A DNA stretch of 64,000 nt, from assembly GCA_918234285.1 (NCBI GenBank), contig CAKJXZ020000012.1, positions 35,050 through 99,049 of the forward strand, written 5' to 3'. The translations under genes and the position numbers were made by a program. Positions 1 through 10,907 of this stretch are shown here, piece by piece (the first letter of the stretch is position 1; the number at the start of each line of letters is the position of its first letter). The DNA is from Pseudomonadota bacterium. GTDB taxonomy: Bacteria; Pseudomonadota; Alphaproteobacteria; RF32; CAG-239. The notes under the pieces were generated by a model, which searched no databases, had not been told where the DNA came from, and saw only the letters and a program-made list of their open reading frames with translations.

Positions 1-3000
1 CACAGCTTCTATCAATACTTTGAACGCCGATGCCAGCAATGCTAACTCTGTTAAAGGTATGATTAAAGCTAATGCTTCTGCTGCTACTTATACAGAAAGC
101 ACTGATGAGACCACAATCGGCGGCGCAATCAAAGCTAATGCTAATAAGATTGCTACCTTGAACGGTACAGGTACCGGTTCGGTTGATAAGAAGATTACCG
201 ACCAAGCTGAAAACGCTACCTTTACTGATAGTGCAACAGCTCACACTTCGGTTAACGGTGCTACTACAATCGGTGGTGCAATTCAAAACATTGCCGGTGC
301 TACTGATGCCAATACTGCTAAATTGGCCGGTTTGGGCGACCAAACGGTTGTACAAGCGATTGCTGCTGCCGGTACTGCTGCCGATGGCAAGTATGTTGCT
401 AAGACATATTTGGATAACACCAAGTCCGGTTTGACGGTAGACGCTACTGCCGGTTCTGAAAAAGTAACGGCTTATGCGAAGAATGGCGAATACAAGACCA
501 GTGCAATTGAAGTTGCCGGTACAACTATCAAACTCGGTACCACCACTAATAATGGTGCTGCCGGTACTGCATTTGCCGGTTTAACCTTGAGTAACGATGG
601 CAAGACGGCTACATTTGCTTCTGCTGATACATCCGGTGCGGCTAAAAACGTTGTAGTTGCCGCCGGTAACGTAACGGCTGATGGCGAAGTTAAGGCAGCC
701 AGTTTCAAGATTGGCGACAACGATGTTACGTCGATTGACAGCGGTGCGGCTCTGAGTTATGCTGCAGCTGCTGCCGATGCTGATAAGAAAGTAATGGCTA
801 CCGACGCTACCGTAATCAATACGGTTAGAGCTTTGGCTACTACTGAAGTTAAGAACAACGCTAATGCTATTGCTTTGTTGAATGAAGCAGATACCGAAGA
901 CGGTTCTGTATTGAACAGCATCAAGACAAAAGCTTCTAGTGCTACTTATACAGCAAGTGCTGACCCGACCACAATCGGCGGCGCAATCAAAGCTAATGCT
1001 GATAGATTGAATTCTTTGAAGTCTGCTGCTTATGTAGATGTTACTACAACATTGCCGGAAGGCAGTGATCTGACAGATCCTACAACACTCAAGGTTAATG
1101 ACGAACAGATCAATGCATGGGTTGGTACTGAAGGCGCTAAACTCGCCACTGTAGGCACCACTTATTATGTAATTGGTCAGAAGTTGCTGAACGTTCACCA
1201 AGACTTGATGGATGACGGTGCAAATAAGTTCTCTATTGCACGCGCTTTGGGTGGTACTACCGAGAACGATACTTTGATATCTAAAGTTCAAGATCTTGCG
1301 GTTGCGGCACCTCTCGGTGACAGCACAGTTGGTGCATCTATCAATGCTAACACAACTAAATTGGCAGGTCTGAATGCCGGCGAAACAGCTAATCCGACAG
1401 TTCAAGATGCTATTGACTATGCAAAAGGACAGGCAGGCGTGTATACATCTGCTACCGGTATGCAAGATTCCGGCGCAATCTTTGAGGGTAAAACAACATT
1501 TACCGCTGCTATGGATGAAGCCGGTGCGCAAATTACAGCCAACAAGGCTCGCTTTGAGGGCTTTGCCAGCGATACGCAGACTGTTGCTCAATACGTAACA
1601 GCTAATGCTAAAGACGCTATTTATACTCCGGCTCAAGAAGAAACTACGCCGGGTGCTGGTGATGCTGTTCCGGCTGTAACCATCGGTGAAGCTATCCAAG
1701 CTAACGCTGATGATATTGCTGAATTGATAGGTAGCGGTGAAGGTTCTATCGACGAGAGAATTGCTAAACAGGCTAAAGATGCCGGTTATACATTCGATTC
1801 TCAAACCGGTGCAATCACCAAGACAATCGGCGCTGCTATCAAAGACAACGCTGATGCTATCGATGTTTTGAACGGCGATGATGCTGGCTCGGTTAATAAG
1901 AAGATTAAGGACCAAGCTTCTGCTGCTACTTATACGGCAAGTGATGACGCAACCACAATCGGCGGCGCAATCAAAGCTAATGCTAATAAATTGGCTGGTT
2001 TGAAGAAAGCTGACCAATCTGCTGCCGCTACGGTTCAAGATGCTATTGAATCGTTTGCTGATGCTAGCGAAGCTGACTTGGCTAACGTACTGAATGGTAC
2101 AACCAAGTTCACTAAGGCTAAAATCGGTGACGATTGGGCTGTTACTGAAAATGGTAGAAAACGTTTCACAATTCGTGACACAACCACAGATGAGGCCATC
2201 GCAGTACTCGATAAAGCCGGTACATTCTCACTGAATGCTTTATCAGATACAGGCTCTCAGCAATACTTCGAAGTTAGAAACGGTTCTTTGAACCTGCAAA
2301 ACAATGGTAAGAAAGTAATGATGGCTTCGGCTGCTGACCATACTTTCGCATTGTATGATGGTGAAGGCGCTGCAACTGTTAATGTTGACTTGACAAGTGG
2401 CAACATCACTTCTAATGGTACTTTGACCTTGAAGGATGCTACGGTTGGCAATCAGACCTTGAACGCTGCTAAGATTAAGCAAATCACCACCAACCAAACC
2501 AACATTGGCGATATGAGCCAGTTGCATGGTTCTGACAACGCTATGGTTAACCGTGACGACAATGATAATCCTGATGGTGCTCCGACTGATATCGTTTCAG
2601 CTTTGAACAACATCTCTAAGAGTGTTGGTGATGTTCATGGTTTGAAAGCTAAAGTTGCAGGTGGAGCTTATGATACCGGAAGCAGCACTAAATATGCTGA
2701 CGGTGCAGGCAACTTGTTTGCCGGTTCCGGTACTGACGACCACTTGGCTGAATTGGCTGCTTCTATCGGTAACAGAACTTATGATTCTACGGTACCGTAT
2801 TTGCATGCTAACGAGAGCGTTGCTACTTCGTTGGTTGCTTTGGCTACCAACTTGAAGGACGTTGCTGACGATTATGTAAAGCAATCTTACTTTGATAACG
2901 GCGAACCGGCTACGGGTACCAATCCGGGCCTGATTTCTATGGGCTCCGGTGCGAAGAACATCGTAATCGGTAAGGTTAATGCTACTGCTCCGGATTCGGC

Positions 3001-6000
3001 TGCTAACATTGCTATTGATACTGCTGATGCAACTCGCTCAATCAAGGCTACGGTTAGAAATACCGAAAACGAAGAACAAACCTTAACATTGGATAATACA
3101 GCAAATGCTCAAGGTTTGGAAGTTGCTTATAATAAGTACGACAATGCCGGTAATCCTACCGCAACCAAGAAGGTTGTTATCAATAAGGGTGTTGTAACCG
3201 CTGATGACAGCTTGGTTGCCAGCGATACAGCAGCAGCTACTTCGTCTACGATTAATTCTGACGGTTCTGCTACCTTCGTAGGTGCAAACAAGACAGCCAG
3301 CATTGTTGACGGTACGGTAACCGCTAATAAGTTTGCATTCGATGCAACTCATTATGCAACCGGTATCGACAATACGGGCGGCGTATTTACTGCTGCTCCG
3401 GCTGATAACTATACAATAGCTACCACCAGAACGGTTTATGACAATACCACGCTGTTGGCAGATGCCACTAACGGCAACTATACAGCTGGTTCGCTCATTA
3501 GCGCTATGGGTACTGTTGATTCGGCTATCGGTAACAGAAACTATGCTTCTACGGTACCGTATTTGACTGCTAATGAAAGCGTTGCTACTTCGTTGACCGT
3601 TTTGGCCAATAACTTGAAAGGTGTTGCCGATAATTATGTAACCAAAGATTACTTCAATAACGGTGATACCAGCGGTGACGCAACCAGCAATCCGAACTTC
3701 AAGAAGATTTCTATGGGCTCAGGTGCTAACGATATCACTATCGGCGGCGATAACACCAACGTTGTTGTTGACAATGCCGGTAAGAAGATTACGTTAACAG
3801 CTGCCGGTACGACAACTGATACATTCACCTTTGATAATACAGATGGTGCAGTATTCAGCAATGTTGACGGTAGCACCACCAAGAGCGTGAAGATTGCCAC
3901 AGGTAATGTTACGGCTGATGGTGATGTAATCGCAGCTGGTAGCTTGATTGCCGGTGATAAGACTGGCACGGCTTATGCTGAAGTTAAGTCTGACGGTTCT
4001 GCTACCTTCAAGAATGGCAGCAAGGAAGTTACCATTAAAAACGGTGATATCAATGCTGACGATATCGTTTCGACATCATTGTCTGCTAGCGTAATTAATG
4101 GCGCTAAAATCAACGGTGCTAGTATTACTGCCGGCACGATTGATTTCTTGGCTGGTGGTGTAGCGAAGTCTGTTGATAACGCAGGTAAAGATGTTCTCGC
4201 CAGCGGTACAACCATTGATGAAGAAGGCAAAGAACTTGCTTCTACCTTGACGGTTAAGAATACGGTTCAAGGTGCAATTTCAGTTGGCGCCGGTGTTAAC
4301 TATGCTGCTGGCACGGTTAAGACGGCTGTTGCCGACTTGGATGGTGCGATTGCTGACAGAAAACTGTACAACAATACGAAGTATGCAAATCCGGGTTCGC
4401 TCGCTACTGATACTCCGATTAGCTTAGCTCAGGCCATTAAGAACATTGATGACAACGTATATGCTAAAGTTGGTGCTGTTGACTTTGCCGATACGATGCA
4501 CTATGTATCTTCGGCTGATACCGATCTGACTAAGGCCATTAAGAGCATGGATACCAATGTATTCAACGCTATCGGTGGTTTGGATAACAGATTCGTTACC
4601 CAGGCTTACTTCAACGGTGAGAATGGTGCAAGCGGTGCTTCTTCTGATGTTGTTATGGGCAGAAGCGCAAGCAGCATTCAAATCGGTGCTCAAAACTTCA
4701 GCGGTACAGGTCCGACAGGTTTGAACTCCGGTATTCAGATTGATGTAACCAGAAGCGGTACCGGTTCGATTACCGACAGCACAATTTCTATCGGTACGAA
4801 CGGCAACAGCTCGTTTGACGGTATTCAGGTCAGCAGCAACGGTACTAACGTTGTTATCGGCAATTCTGCCGCTAACGGTGATAAAGTTACCTTCGCTGGC
4901 GGTGCTGTAACGGCTACCGGTGCGGTTCAGACCACTGAATTGAAGTTGGCTAAGACCGAAACCGGTTCGACAACTCCGACCATTACAAGTGCTGATTCTA
5001 TCGACAACGCAGGTACGGTTATGACCGCTGCTCCGACAGACGGTAAGACCTTAGCTTCTACCTTGACTGTTTATAACAACATTCAAGATGCTACGGTATT
5101 TAAGGCTGCCGAAGTGCCGGCAACTGCACACAACTATGCGGCAGGTGATACGGTTAAACAAGCTATCGCCAGCTTGGATAATGTTGCAGGTGACAGACAG
5201 GTTTACAGAAGTTCGCACTATGCTAACCCGGCCAGTACCGATATTTCGTTGGCAAATGCCATCAAGAACTTGGATACGGAAGTTTACACCATTGCTAATG
5301 ACTATGTAAAGATTTCGTACTTCAACAACGGTGAACCTGATCAAATTGACAACGGTTCCGGTACGATGGTTGATAATCCGAACGCTGGTCTGATTTCTAT
5401 GGGTTCTGGTTCTACCACCATTCAAATCGGTAAGGTTGATGCTACATCCGGCTTGAACGGTATCATCATCAACAATACTGCTGGCGGCGATAAGACCATC
5501 AAGATTGGTAACAATACTGACAACGTTACGGTTAACGGCGGTGATTTGACCGCTACCGGTAAGGTTATTGCCAACGCGGTTGAAGCTGCTACTTCTATGA
5601 AGATTGGCACAAGCGAAGCTACCTTGTTTGATAATGCAACAGCAGCTATTACGGCTAGTGTTGCCGGCGCCGATGGTGCAGAAAAGAAGATGGCTAACGT
5701 TGCCGAAGTTTACAACACGGTTAAGACCAATGCTGAAGAAGCTGATTACACCAAGGGTGGTACAACAACCACAATCGGTGCTGCAATCAAAGCTAATACT
5801 GATGAGATTGCTAAGAGAGATGTTTCTATCTCTACAGCTAAGGTTGGTAACGTAGAAGGTGTTGAACTCGTTACGGTTACAGATGGTACCGATACGGCTA
5901 CTACTTTGACCAGTACCGGTTTGGCTACATTCTTTGATAAGAAGCAAATTTGGTTGAATAAAGAACTTGGTATTGATTCCGGCGATTTGACCGGCAATCC

Positions 6001-9000
6001 GTATCATACGGCATTTAATGGTGCCTTCAACCTGACCAATGATGCTGATACCACCATGACCGGTGCTATTATGGAACTGGATAGTTCTATTGGCAACAGA
6101 AAGCTGTACAACAATACGCAGTACGCAAATCCGGGTTCTGCCGCTGGTGATGATCCGATTGACGTTGCAACGGCTATTCAGAACATGGATACCAATATCT
6201 ATGCTAAGATGGGCGATGTTAACTTCGCTACCGATCCGGCGATGCACTATGTTGAAGCAAGTGATAACCTGACTGATGCAATTAAGCACATCGACACCAA
6301 AGTTTATAACGAAATCTCCGGTTTGGATGACAAGTATGTAACCAAAGCTTACTTCAATAACGGTGAACTGTCTACGGGCACTAATCCGGGCTTGATTTCG
6401 ATGGGTTCCGGCGCAAGTCAGATTAACATCGGTAAGACAGTTCCGGCAGGAACTCCTACTTCTGCAGTACTTGATTCCGGCTTGTCTATCAACAACACAA
6501 CCGGCGATGTAATGCTCGGTCAAATTTCTCAAGTTGGCTCAGGCGCTACTGCGAAGAGCGTTGTTGAAACCGGTGTTAACGTTGATAATGCTACGCATAC
6601 CGCAAGCCTTATCTCGGCTAACGGCCAATCCAGTATTAATGCGGTTGATGTTAACCAGACCACAATTAAACTCGGTATGACCACGACTGATACCAACGGC
6701 AACCCGTTGTTCTCCGGCGTATCGATTAACAATGGTGTTATGACCAACGCTAATCCGACCAACGCTAACAAGAAGTCTACTGTTTCTTCTGATGCTGTTG
6801 TAGTAACAGATGGATCTAGCACTTCTTCAATGGCTGCCAGCGGTATGGCTGTTGCCGGTGCTACCGGTACAACCTTAATCGGTGCCGGTGCTATCTCGGC
6901 TTCCGACGGCGCTGGTAACGTAACCGGTATTAGTACTACGGGCGTATCCGTAACCGATGGTAGTAGTACCTCTTTGGTTGCGGCTGACGCTATGGCTGTT
7001 ATGAAAGGAAACGACTCTTCATCGATGTCGGCTACCGGTGTAACTATTAAAGATAACAGCGGTAACTCTAACACCATCAACAAGTCTGGTATGACGGTTG
7101 CTGATAGTCAGGGTAATACTGCGGCTGTCACAACTACCAGCATGAGTGTTGCTAACGGTTCTAAGAAGGCTGAAATGACTACCGACGCTATCTCGATTAC
7201 CGATGGTAACAACACCACGTCGATTACTGCCGGTAGCGTAACCACCAAGGAAGTGATTGCTGAGAAGTTCGCATTCAATGATACCGATTATGCAACCGGT
7301 ATTGATGCAGGTAATGATGTCAACGGCGGCAGTGCTGTAGTTGACGGTCACACTATTGCTACGACCGCTACGGTTAAGGCAAGTGTTGACGGTATGGTTG
7401 CCGATATCAAGAAGGAAATTCACGGTGATCAGAATGATTCGACAGTACCGGTTACTCTCGGCGATTATTCTGACACAGTTGTTGTCGGTAGTAGTTCGGT
7501 TGACGCCGTAAGCCATGAGAGAACTCTGTGGTCCGGTATGGAAATTGATACCACAAGAGATGCTACTTCTGGTGATGTAACCAACCGTGAAGTAACGCTT
7601 GCTGCTATCATCGACGACGATAACGGTGTTGAAGTTGACTTGGATGCCGCTAACCAAACCATTGAGTTGACGGCAGCCGGTAAGGATACGAATAACAAGG
7701 ATTCTGAAACCGGTGTCAAGATTGACAACAAGAATCAGAAGATTACCTTGAGTTCGACTGATGAGGCTTCGGAAAACACAACCGGAATCGAAATCAGCAA
7801 CAAGGATGGTACCATTGCTATTTCTTCGGCTAACGATGATGATCATACCGCCAGCGGCTTGACCATTGTTAACGACAAGGCAAGTGGCAAACATACCATT
7901 GACTTGGCTTACACCGAGAAAGACAATAACGTTACGTCCACTTACGGCTTGAGCATCGATGGCGATAATCAGACCTACAGCTTAGGTTCTGAAACCGCAA
8001 CATCGTCTTCGGGCTTAGATATCAATGCTAATACCAGTGTTTATACATTAGGTAAGAGCACGATTTCTGGCACTACGAAAACGCTTGACTATGGTATGAC
8101 CATGGATGCTGCTAACGGTGTAACCACGTTTGCTGCTAGCGACGGTGAAGGTGTTACCATGAATAAGGGTGACATGACTGTTACCAGCAGTGCTACGGTT
8201 GGTTCTGAAACCGGCGGTGTATTGTCCGGTGTTAAACTTGACAAGTCCGGTACGGCTCAGGCTTCTGAGAGCGTTACTGTAGGTCAGGTTAAAGCTGACG
8301 GCAGCTTGGACGGCAACGGCGTTCAGATGAAGAACGACGGCTCTGCTAAGTTCAGCGCTACCGAAGGTGCCGTGACCGTTGAGAAGGGCGGAGTTATCGC
8401 TGATAACAACGTAACCGTTGGCGACAAGTCCGGTGATAACTACATCGACATGGCTAAGCAAACCGACGGCAGCTTAAAAGCTACCTTCGCTTCTGCTGAC
8501 GGTAATGTTGAAATTGCCGGTGGTAATGTAACTGCCGACAACAAGGTTACCGCTAATGACATCGAAGCTAAGAACAGCATCTTTGTCGGTGATCCGGCAG
8601 GTGAAATTGCTGCTCTGTACAAGAAAGGTCTTGTTGCAGTTAAAGACGCTGACAACCAAGCTACTTACGGTAGCGGCGGTATGTGGGCTAAAAAGAAGAC
8701 TGATGATGGCAAGACATATGCTGCTGACTTCGGTGGTACAGGCTTGAGCGTTAGCCAATTGGATCCTTCAGATCCTACAAGTGTGATTGCTTCTGCAGGT
8801 GTCAGCGAAACCGGTCTGTGGACTCAGAGCGACAGCAAGAAATCATCATATGGCAACGATGGTTTGTGGATTGGAAACAAAGCTGAAACAGCATTTGCAA
8901 GCCTCAACGAAAAAGCCTTATACATTACGGATGGTACCGATACATCCAACATTGGTTTGGACGGTATTTACACTAGCCAAAACATCTCTGCTGCAGGCAA

Positions 9001-10120
9001 CTCTTATGTTGGCGGCAACTCGCAAGTTGACGGTGTTGCCACCTTCGGTAAGGAGGCCGGTAAGCAAGTTGTTATTGACAGCGGTGACGTAACTGCTGAT
9101 GGTAAGGTTAAAGGTAAAGACCTCGAGGCTACCAACAGCTTCACCTTGGCCGGTACTCAGGTTCACTCGATTGATACCGGTGCCGCTAAGTCTGCTCCGT
9201 CTGCCGACGCGTTGGCTACAACGGCTTCGATCTATCGTAATGCTGAAGATGGTTTGTATACACCGGCTTCCGGTACATACACCACGGCTAATGCCGCAAC
9301 CATCAACGAAGCTTTCGAGGCTTTGGACAATATTGTTGGTAACTTCCCGGATGGTTTGAATTATGAAAACCACAACCTCGACAATGGCGGTAAGGCTACT
9401 CCGGAAACCATTGTTGATGCCTTCAACAATATTGATGCTACTTTGGGTACCATCCACGGCTTGGCAGCTAAACGCGGCGCTGACTACAAGGGCAACCTTG
9501 CAGAAGGTACCACGGTTGAGATGCACTTGTCCGCTTTGGATGACTCCATCGGCGATCGTACAACCATTACTAACGAAAACGGTTCGAACGGTTATGCGTT
9601 CTCTACCGATACGATGTATGTGGCTGACGTTCTGACCGATCTGGCTTCGCAAATCGGCACTGCCGGTGAGTTGGATGCTGCTAAGTTTAACGGCGTAAGC
9701 AAAGATAACACCGTTAATGCTAACATCGCTGCTCTTAACAACACCATCGGTGATGTATCCGAATTGCAAGAGACCACATACGCTCAAGGCGACACAATTG
9801 TTGACTCGATTAAGAGTGTTGACAACAAGTTGGGTAACTTGGATACACGTATGGAAAGAGCTGAACGTGACTTGAAGGATGTTCACCACGAATTGCGTAG
9901 AGGTATGGCTTCCATGGCTGCTATGTCGGCTTTGGTACCGAACTCTCGCTCGACTGGTAAGACATCGTTGTCTCTCGGTACGGGTGCTTACAGCGGACAT
10001 GGCGCTGTTGCAGTCGGTGGTTTCCACTATCTGACAGACAACTTGATGTTTAATGCGGGCGCCGCATGGAGCAACAGCCGCGATGCTGTTTACCGTGTAG
10101 GCTTAACGTATTCATTCTAA
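1..10120 (+). CDS. Giant trimeric autotransporter adhesin (YadA-like C-terminal anchor), 5'-truncated by window edge
   Basis: Frame is open from nt 2 for >3370 aa and is A/T/G/N/D-rich, with recurring stalk-like motifs (TTIGGAIKANA, SIGNRxY, YFNNG..ISMGSG). It ends in a coiled coil plus LRRGMASMAAMSAL...SLGTGAYSGHGAVAVG...YRVGLTYSF, a YadA-type anchor with terminal Phe. Confidence 0.93.
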   Translation, partial: TASINTLNADASNANSVKGMIKANASAATYTESTDETTIGGAIKANANKIATLNGTGTGSVDKKITDQAENATFTDSATAHTSVNGATTIGGAIQNIAGATDANTAKLAGLGDQTVVQAIAAAGTAADGKYVAKTYLDNTKSGLTVDATAGSEKVTAYAKNGEYKTSAIEVAGTTIKLGTTTNNGAAGTAFAGLTLSNDGKTATFASADTSGAAKNVVVAAGNVTADGEVKAASFKIGDNDVTSIDSGAALSYAAAAADADKKVMATDATVINTVRALATTEVKNNANAIALLNEADTEDGSVLNSIKTKASSATYTASADPTTIGGAIKANADRLNSLKSAAYVDVTTTLPEGSDLTDPTTLKVNDEQINAWVGTEGAKLATVGTTYYVIGQKLLNVHQDLMDDGANKFSIARALGGTTENDTLISKVQDLAVAAPLGDSTVGASINANTTKLAGLNAGETANPTVQDAIDYAKGQAGVYTSATGMQDSGAIFEGKTTFTAAMDEAGAQITANKARFEGFASDTQTVAQYVTANAKDAIYTPAQEETTPGAGDAVPAVTIGEAIQANADDIAELIGSGEGSIDERIAKQAKDAGYTFDSQTGAITKTIGAAIKDNADAIDVLNGDDAGSVNKKIKDQASAATYTASDDATTIGGAIKANANKLAGLKKADQSAAATVQDAIESFADASEADLANVLNGTTKFTKAKIGDDWAVTENGRKRFTIRDTTTDEAIAVLDKAGTFSLNALSDTGSQQYFEVRNGSLNLQNNGKKVMMASAADHTFALYDGEGAATVNVDLTSGNITSNGTLTLKDATVGNQTLNAAKIKQITTNQTNIGDMSQLHGSDNAMVNRDDNDNPDGAPTDIVSALNNISKSVGDVHGLKAKVAGGAYDTGSSTKYADGAGNLFAGSGTDDHLAELAASIGNRTYDSTVPYLHANESVATSLVALATNLKDVADDYVKQSYFDNGEPATGTNPGLISMGSGAKNIVIGKVNATAPDSAANIAIDTADATRSIKATVRNTENEEQTLTLDNTANAQGLEVAYNKYDNAGNPTATKKVVINKGVVTADDSLVASDTAAATSSTINSDGSATFVGANKTASIVDGTVTANKFAFDATHYATGIDNTGGVFTAAPADNYTIATTRTVYDNTTLLADATNGNYTAGSLISAMGTVDSAIGNRNYASTVPYLTANESVATSLTVLANNLKGVADNYVTKDYFNNGDTSGDATSNPNFKKISMGSGANDITIGGDNTNVVVDNAGKKITLTAAGTTTDTFTFDNTDGAVFSNVDGSTTKSVKIATGNVTADGDVIAAGSLIAGDKTGTAYAEVKSDGSATFKNGSKEVTIKNGDINADDIVSTSLSASVINGAKINGASITAGTIDFLAGGVAKSVDNAGKDVLASGTTIDEEGKELASTLTVKNTVQGAISVGAGVNYAAGTVKTAVADLDGAIADRKLYNNTKYANPGSLATDTPISLAQAIKNIDDNVYAKVGAVDFADTMHYVSSADTDLTKAIKSMDTNVFNAIGGLDNRFVTQAYFNGENGASGASSDVVMGRSASSIQIGAQNFSGTGPTGLNSGIQIDVTRSGTGSITDSTISIGTNGNSSFDGIQVSSNGTNVVIGNSAANGDKVTFAGGAVTATGAVQTTELKLAKTETGSTTPTITSADSIDNAGTVMTAAPTDGKTLASTLTVYNNIQDATVFKAAEVPATAHNYAAGDTVKQAIASLDNVAGDRQVYRSSHYANPASTDISLANAIKNLDTEVYTIANDYVKISYFNNGEPDQIDNGSGTMVDNPNAGLISMGSGSTTIQIGKVDATSGLNGIIINNTAGGDKTIKIGNNTDNVTVNGGDLTATGKVIANAVEAATSMKIGTSEATLFDNATAAITASVAGADGAEKKMANVAEVYNTVKTNAEEADYTKGGTTTTIGAAIKANTDEIAKRDVSISTAKVGNVEGVELVTVTDGTDTATTLTSTGLATFFDKKQIWLNKELGIDSGDLTGNPYHTAFNGAFNLTNDADTTMTGAIMELDSSIGNRKLYNNTQYANPGSAAGDDPIDVATAIQNMDTNIYAKMGDVNFATDPAMHYVEASDNLTDAIKHIDTKVYNEISGLDDKYVTKAYFNNGELSTGTNPGLISMGSGASQINIGKTVPAGTPTSAVLDSGLSINNTTGDVMLGQISQVGSGATAKSVVETGVNVDNATHTASLISANGQSSINAVDVNQTTIKLGMTTTDTNGNPLFSGVSINNGVMTNANPTNANKKSTVSSDAVVVTDGSSTSSMAASGMAVAGATGTTLIGAGAISASDGAGNVTGISTTGVSVTDGSSTSLVAADAMAVMKGNDSSSMSATGVTIKDNSGNSNTINKSGMTVADSQGNTAAVTTTSMSVANGSKKAEMTTDAISITDGNNTTSITAGSVTTKEVIAEKFAFNDTDYATGIDAGNDVNGGSAVVDGHTIATTATVKASVDGMVADIKKEIHGDQNDSTVPVTLGDYSDTVVVGSSSVDAVSHERTLWSGMEIDTTRDATSGDVTNREVTLAAIIDDDNGVEVDLDAANQTIELTAAGKDTNNKDSETGVKIDNKNQKITLSSTDEASENTTGIEISNKDGTIAISSANDDDHTASGLTIVNDKASGKHTIDLAYTEKDNNVTSTYGLSIDGDNQTYSLGSETATSSSGLDINANTSVYTLGKSTISGTTKTLDYGMTMDAANGVTTFAASDGEGVTMNKGDMTVTSSATVGSETGGVLSGVKLDKSGTAQASESVTVGQVKADGSLDGNGVQMKNDGSAKFSATEGAVTVEKGGVIADNNVTVGDKSGDNYIDMAKQTDGSLKATFASADGNVEIAGGNVTADNKVTANDIEAKNSIFVGDPAGEIAALYKKGLVAVKDADNQATYGSGGMWAKKKTDDGKTYAADFGGTGLSVSQLDPSDPTSVIASAGVSETGLWTQSDSKKSSYGNDGLWIGNKAETAFASLNEKALYITDGTDTSNIGLDGIYTSQNISAAGNSYVGGNSQVDGVATFGKEAGKQVVIDSGDVTADGKVKGKDLEATNSFTLAGTQVHSIDTGAAKSAPSADALATTASIYRNAEDGLYTPASGTYTTANAATINEAFEALDNIVGNFPDGLNYENHNLDNGGKATPETIVDAFNNIDATLGTIHGLAAKRGADYKGNLAEGTTVEMHLSALDDSIGDRTTITNENGSNGYAFSTDTMYVADVLTDLASQIGTAGELDAAKFNGVSKDNTVNANIAALNNTIGDVSELQETTYAQGDTIVDSIKSVDNKLGNLDTRMERAERDLKDVHHELRRGMASMAAMSALVPNSRSTGKTSLSLGTGAYSGHGAVAVGGFHYLTDNLMFNAGAAWSNSRDAVYRVGLTYSF

Positions 10121-10141
10121 TTTTAGTCTGAAACAAAAAAT

Positions 10142-10171
10142 GCGGGGAGGGGAAACTCTCCCCGTGTTTTT
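10142..10171 (+). terminator. Intrinsic terminator after the adhesin gene
   Basis: GCGGGGAG-GG-GAAA-CT-CTCCCCGT hairpin followed by a T-run. Confidence 0.7.
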
Positions 10172-10187
10172 GAAAGAAGAGGTTATT

Positions 10188-10796
10188 ATGAGTCGTAAAA
10201 ATAAAACAACGTCAATATCACAACAAGCTTTGTTTGAAACAACGGAAACAGCCGTTGCTCCGGCAGAACAAACTCCGGCTCCGGCTTTGCCGAAAATATC
10301 GGACCGTGGTTTTAAGCGGATTATTATACTGGTGTTGGCGCTGTTATTGATTACCAACGTTTTTTCAATGTATAAAATACATAAATTGGAAAAAGCGGTT
10401 GATCATGACAGTAAAGTCTATGTTTATAGTATGGAAAACGTTTTGCTCTTAGCCGGGATGGCTGACGAAAACAAACAACATCAGATAGAAATGGATAAAC
10501 TGGGAAAAGAAATTGATGCCGCACAGAAAAAACTCAACGGCATTAAAGATAAAAAGCTGAAACAGGAATATTCGGAAGTCTATATGAAGTCGCTGACGCT
10601 CAAACGCGATACTTTAGTGGAAACGCACGAAAAGTTTATGGCGAATTTGCTGAAAAACGTCAATCGTGCACTTTTGAGCGTAACCGCAAAGTATAAGGCA
10701 CCGACCATCTATACGGCCAAATCAATTGCCGTGCATACACCGAATGTGATTGATGTGACAGATGAGATTTCACAGTATCTGAAAGATAATATGTAA
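10188..10796 (+). CDS. Membrane-anchored OmpH/Skp-like protein
   Basis: RBS GAGG and ATG at 10188. One TM helix, then VYVYSMENVL, a long coiled coil and C-terminal IDVTDEI resembling OmpH. Confidence 0.55.
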   Translation: MSRKNKTTSISQQALFETTETAVAPAEQTPAPALPKISDRGFKRIIILVLALLLITNVFSMYKIHKLEKAVDHDSKVYVYSMENVLLLAGMADENKQHQIEMDKLGKEIDAAQKKLNGIKDKKLKQEYSEVYMKSLTLKRDTLVETHEKFMANLLKNVNRALLSVTAKYKAPTIYTAKSIAVHTPNVIDVTDEISQYLKDNM

Positions 10797-10907
10797 TCTC
10801 GTCAACATATTCCAAGTTGCTTAAATACCCGCTTTTTGCGGGTATTAGAGTTTTAAAAGGTTGATTTTTTGCGTTTATGGCATAAAATAAAGGCAAGGAA
10901 AAGCAAA

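Noticed and set aside
581-10027. Long minus-strand ORFs (e.g. 581..2038, 5051..6532, 8918..10027)
   Set aside because: Antisense shadows of the strongly codon-biased adhesin gene, with no recognisable motifs.
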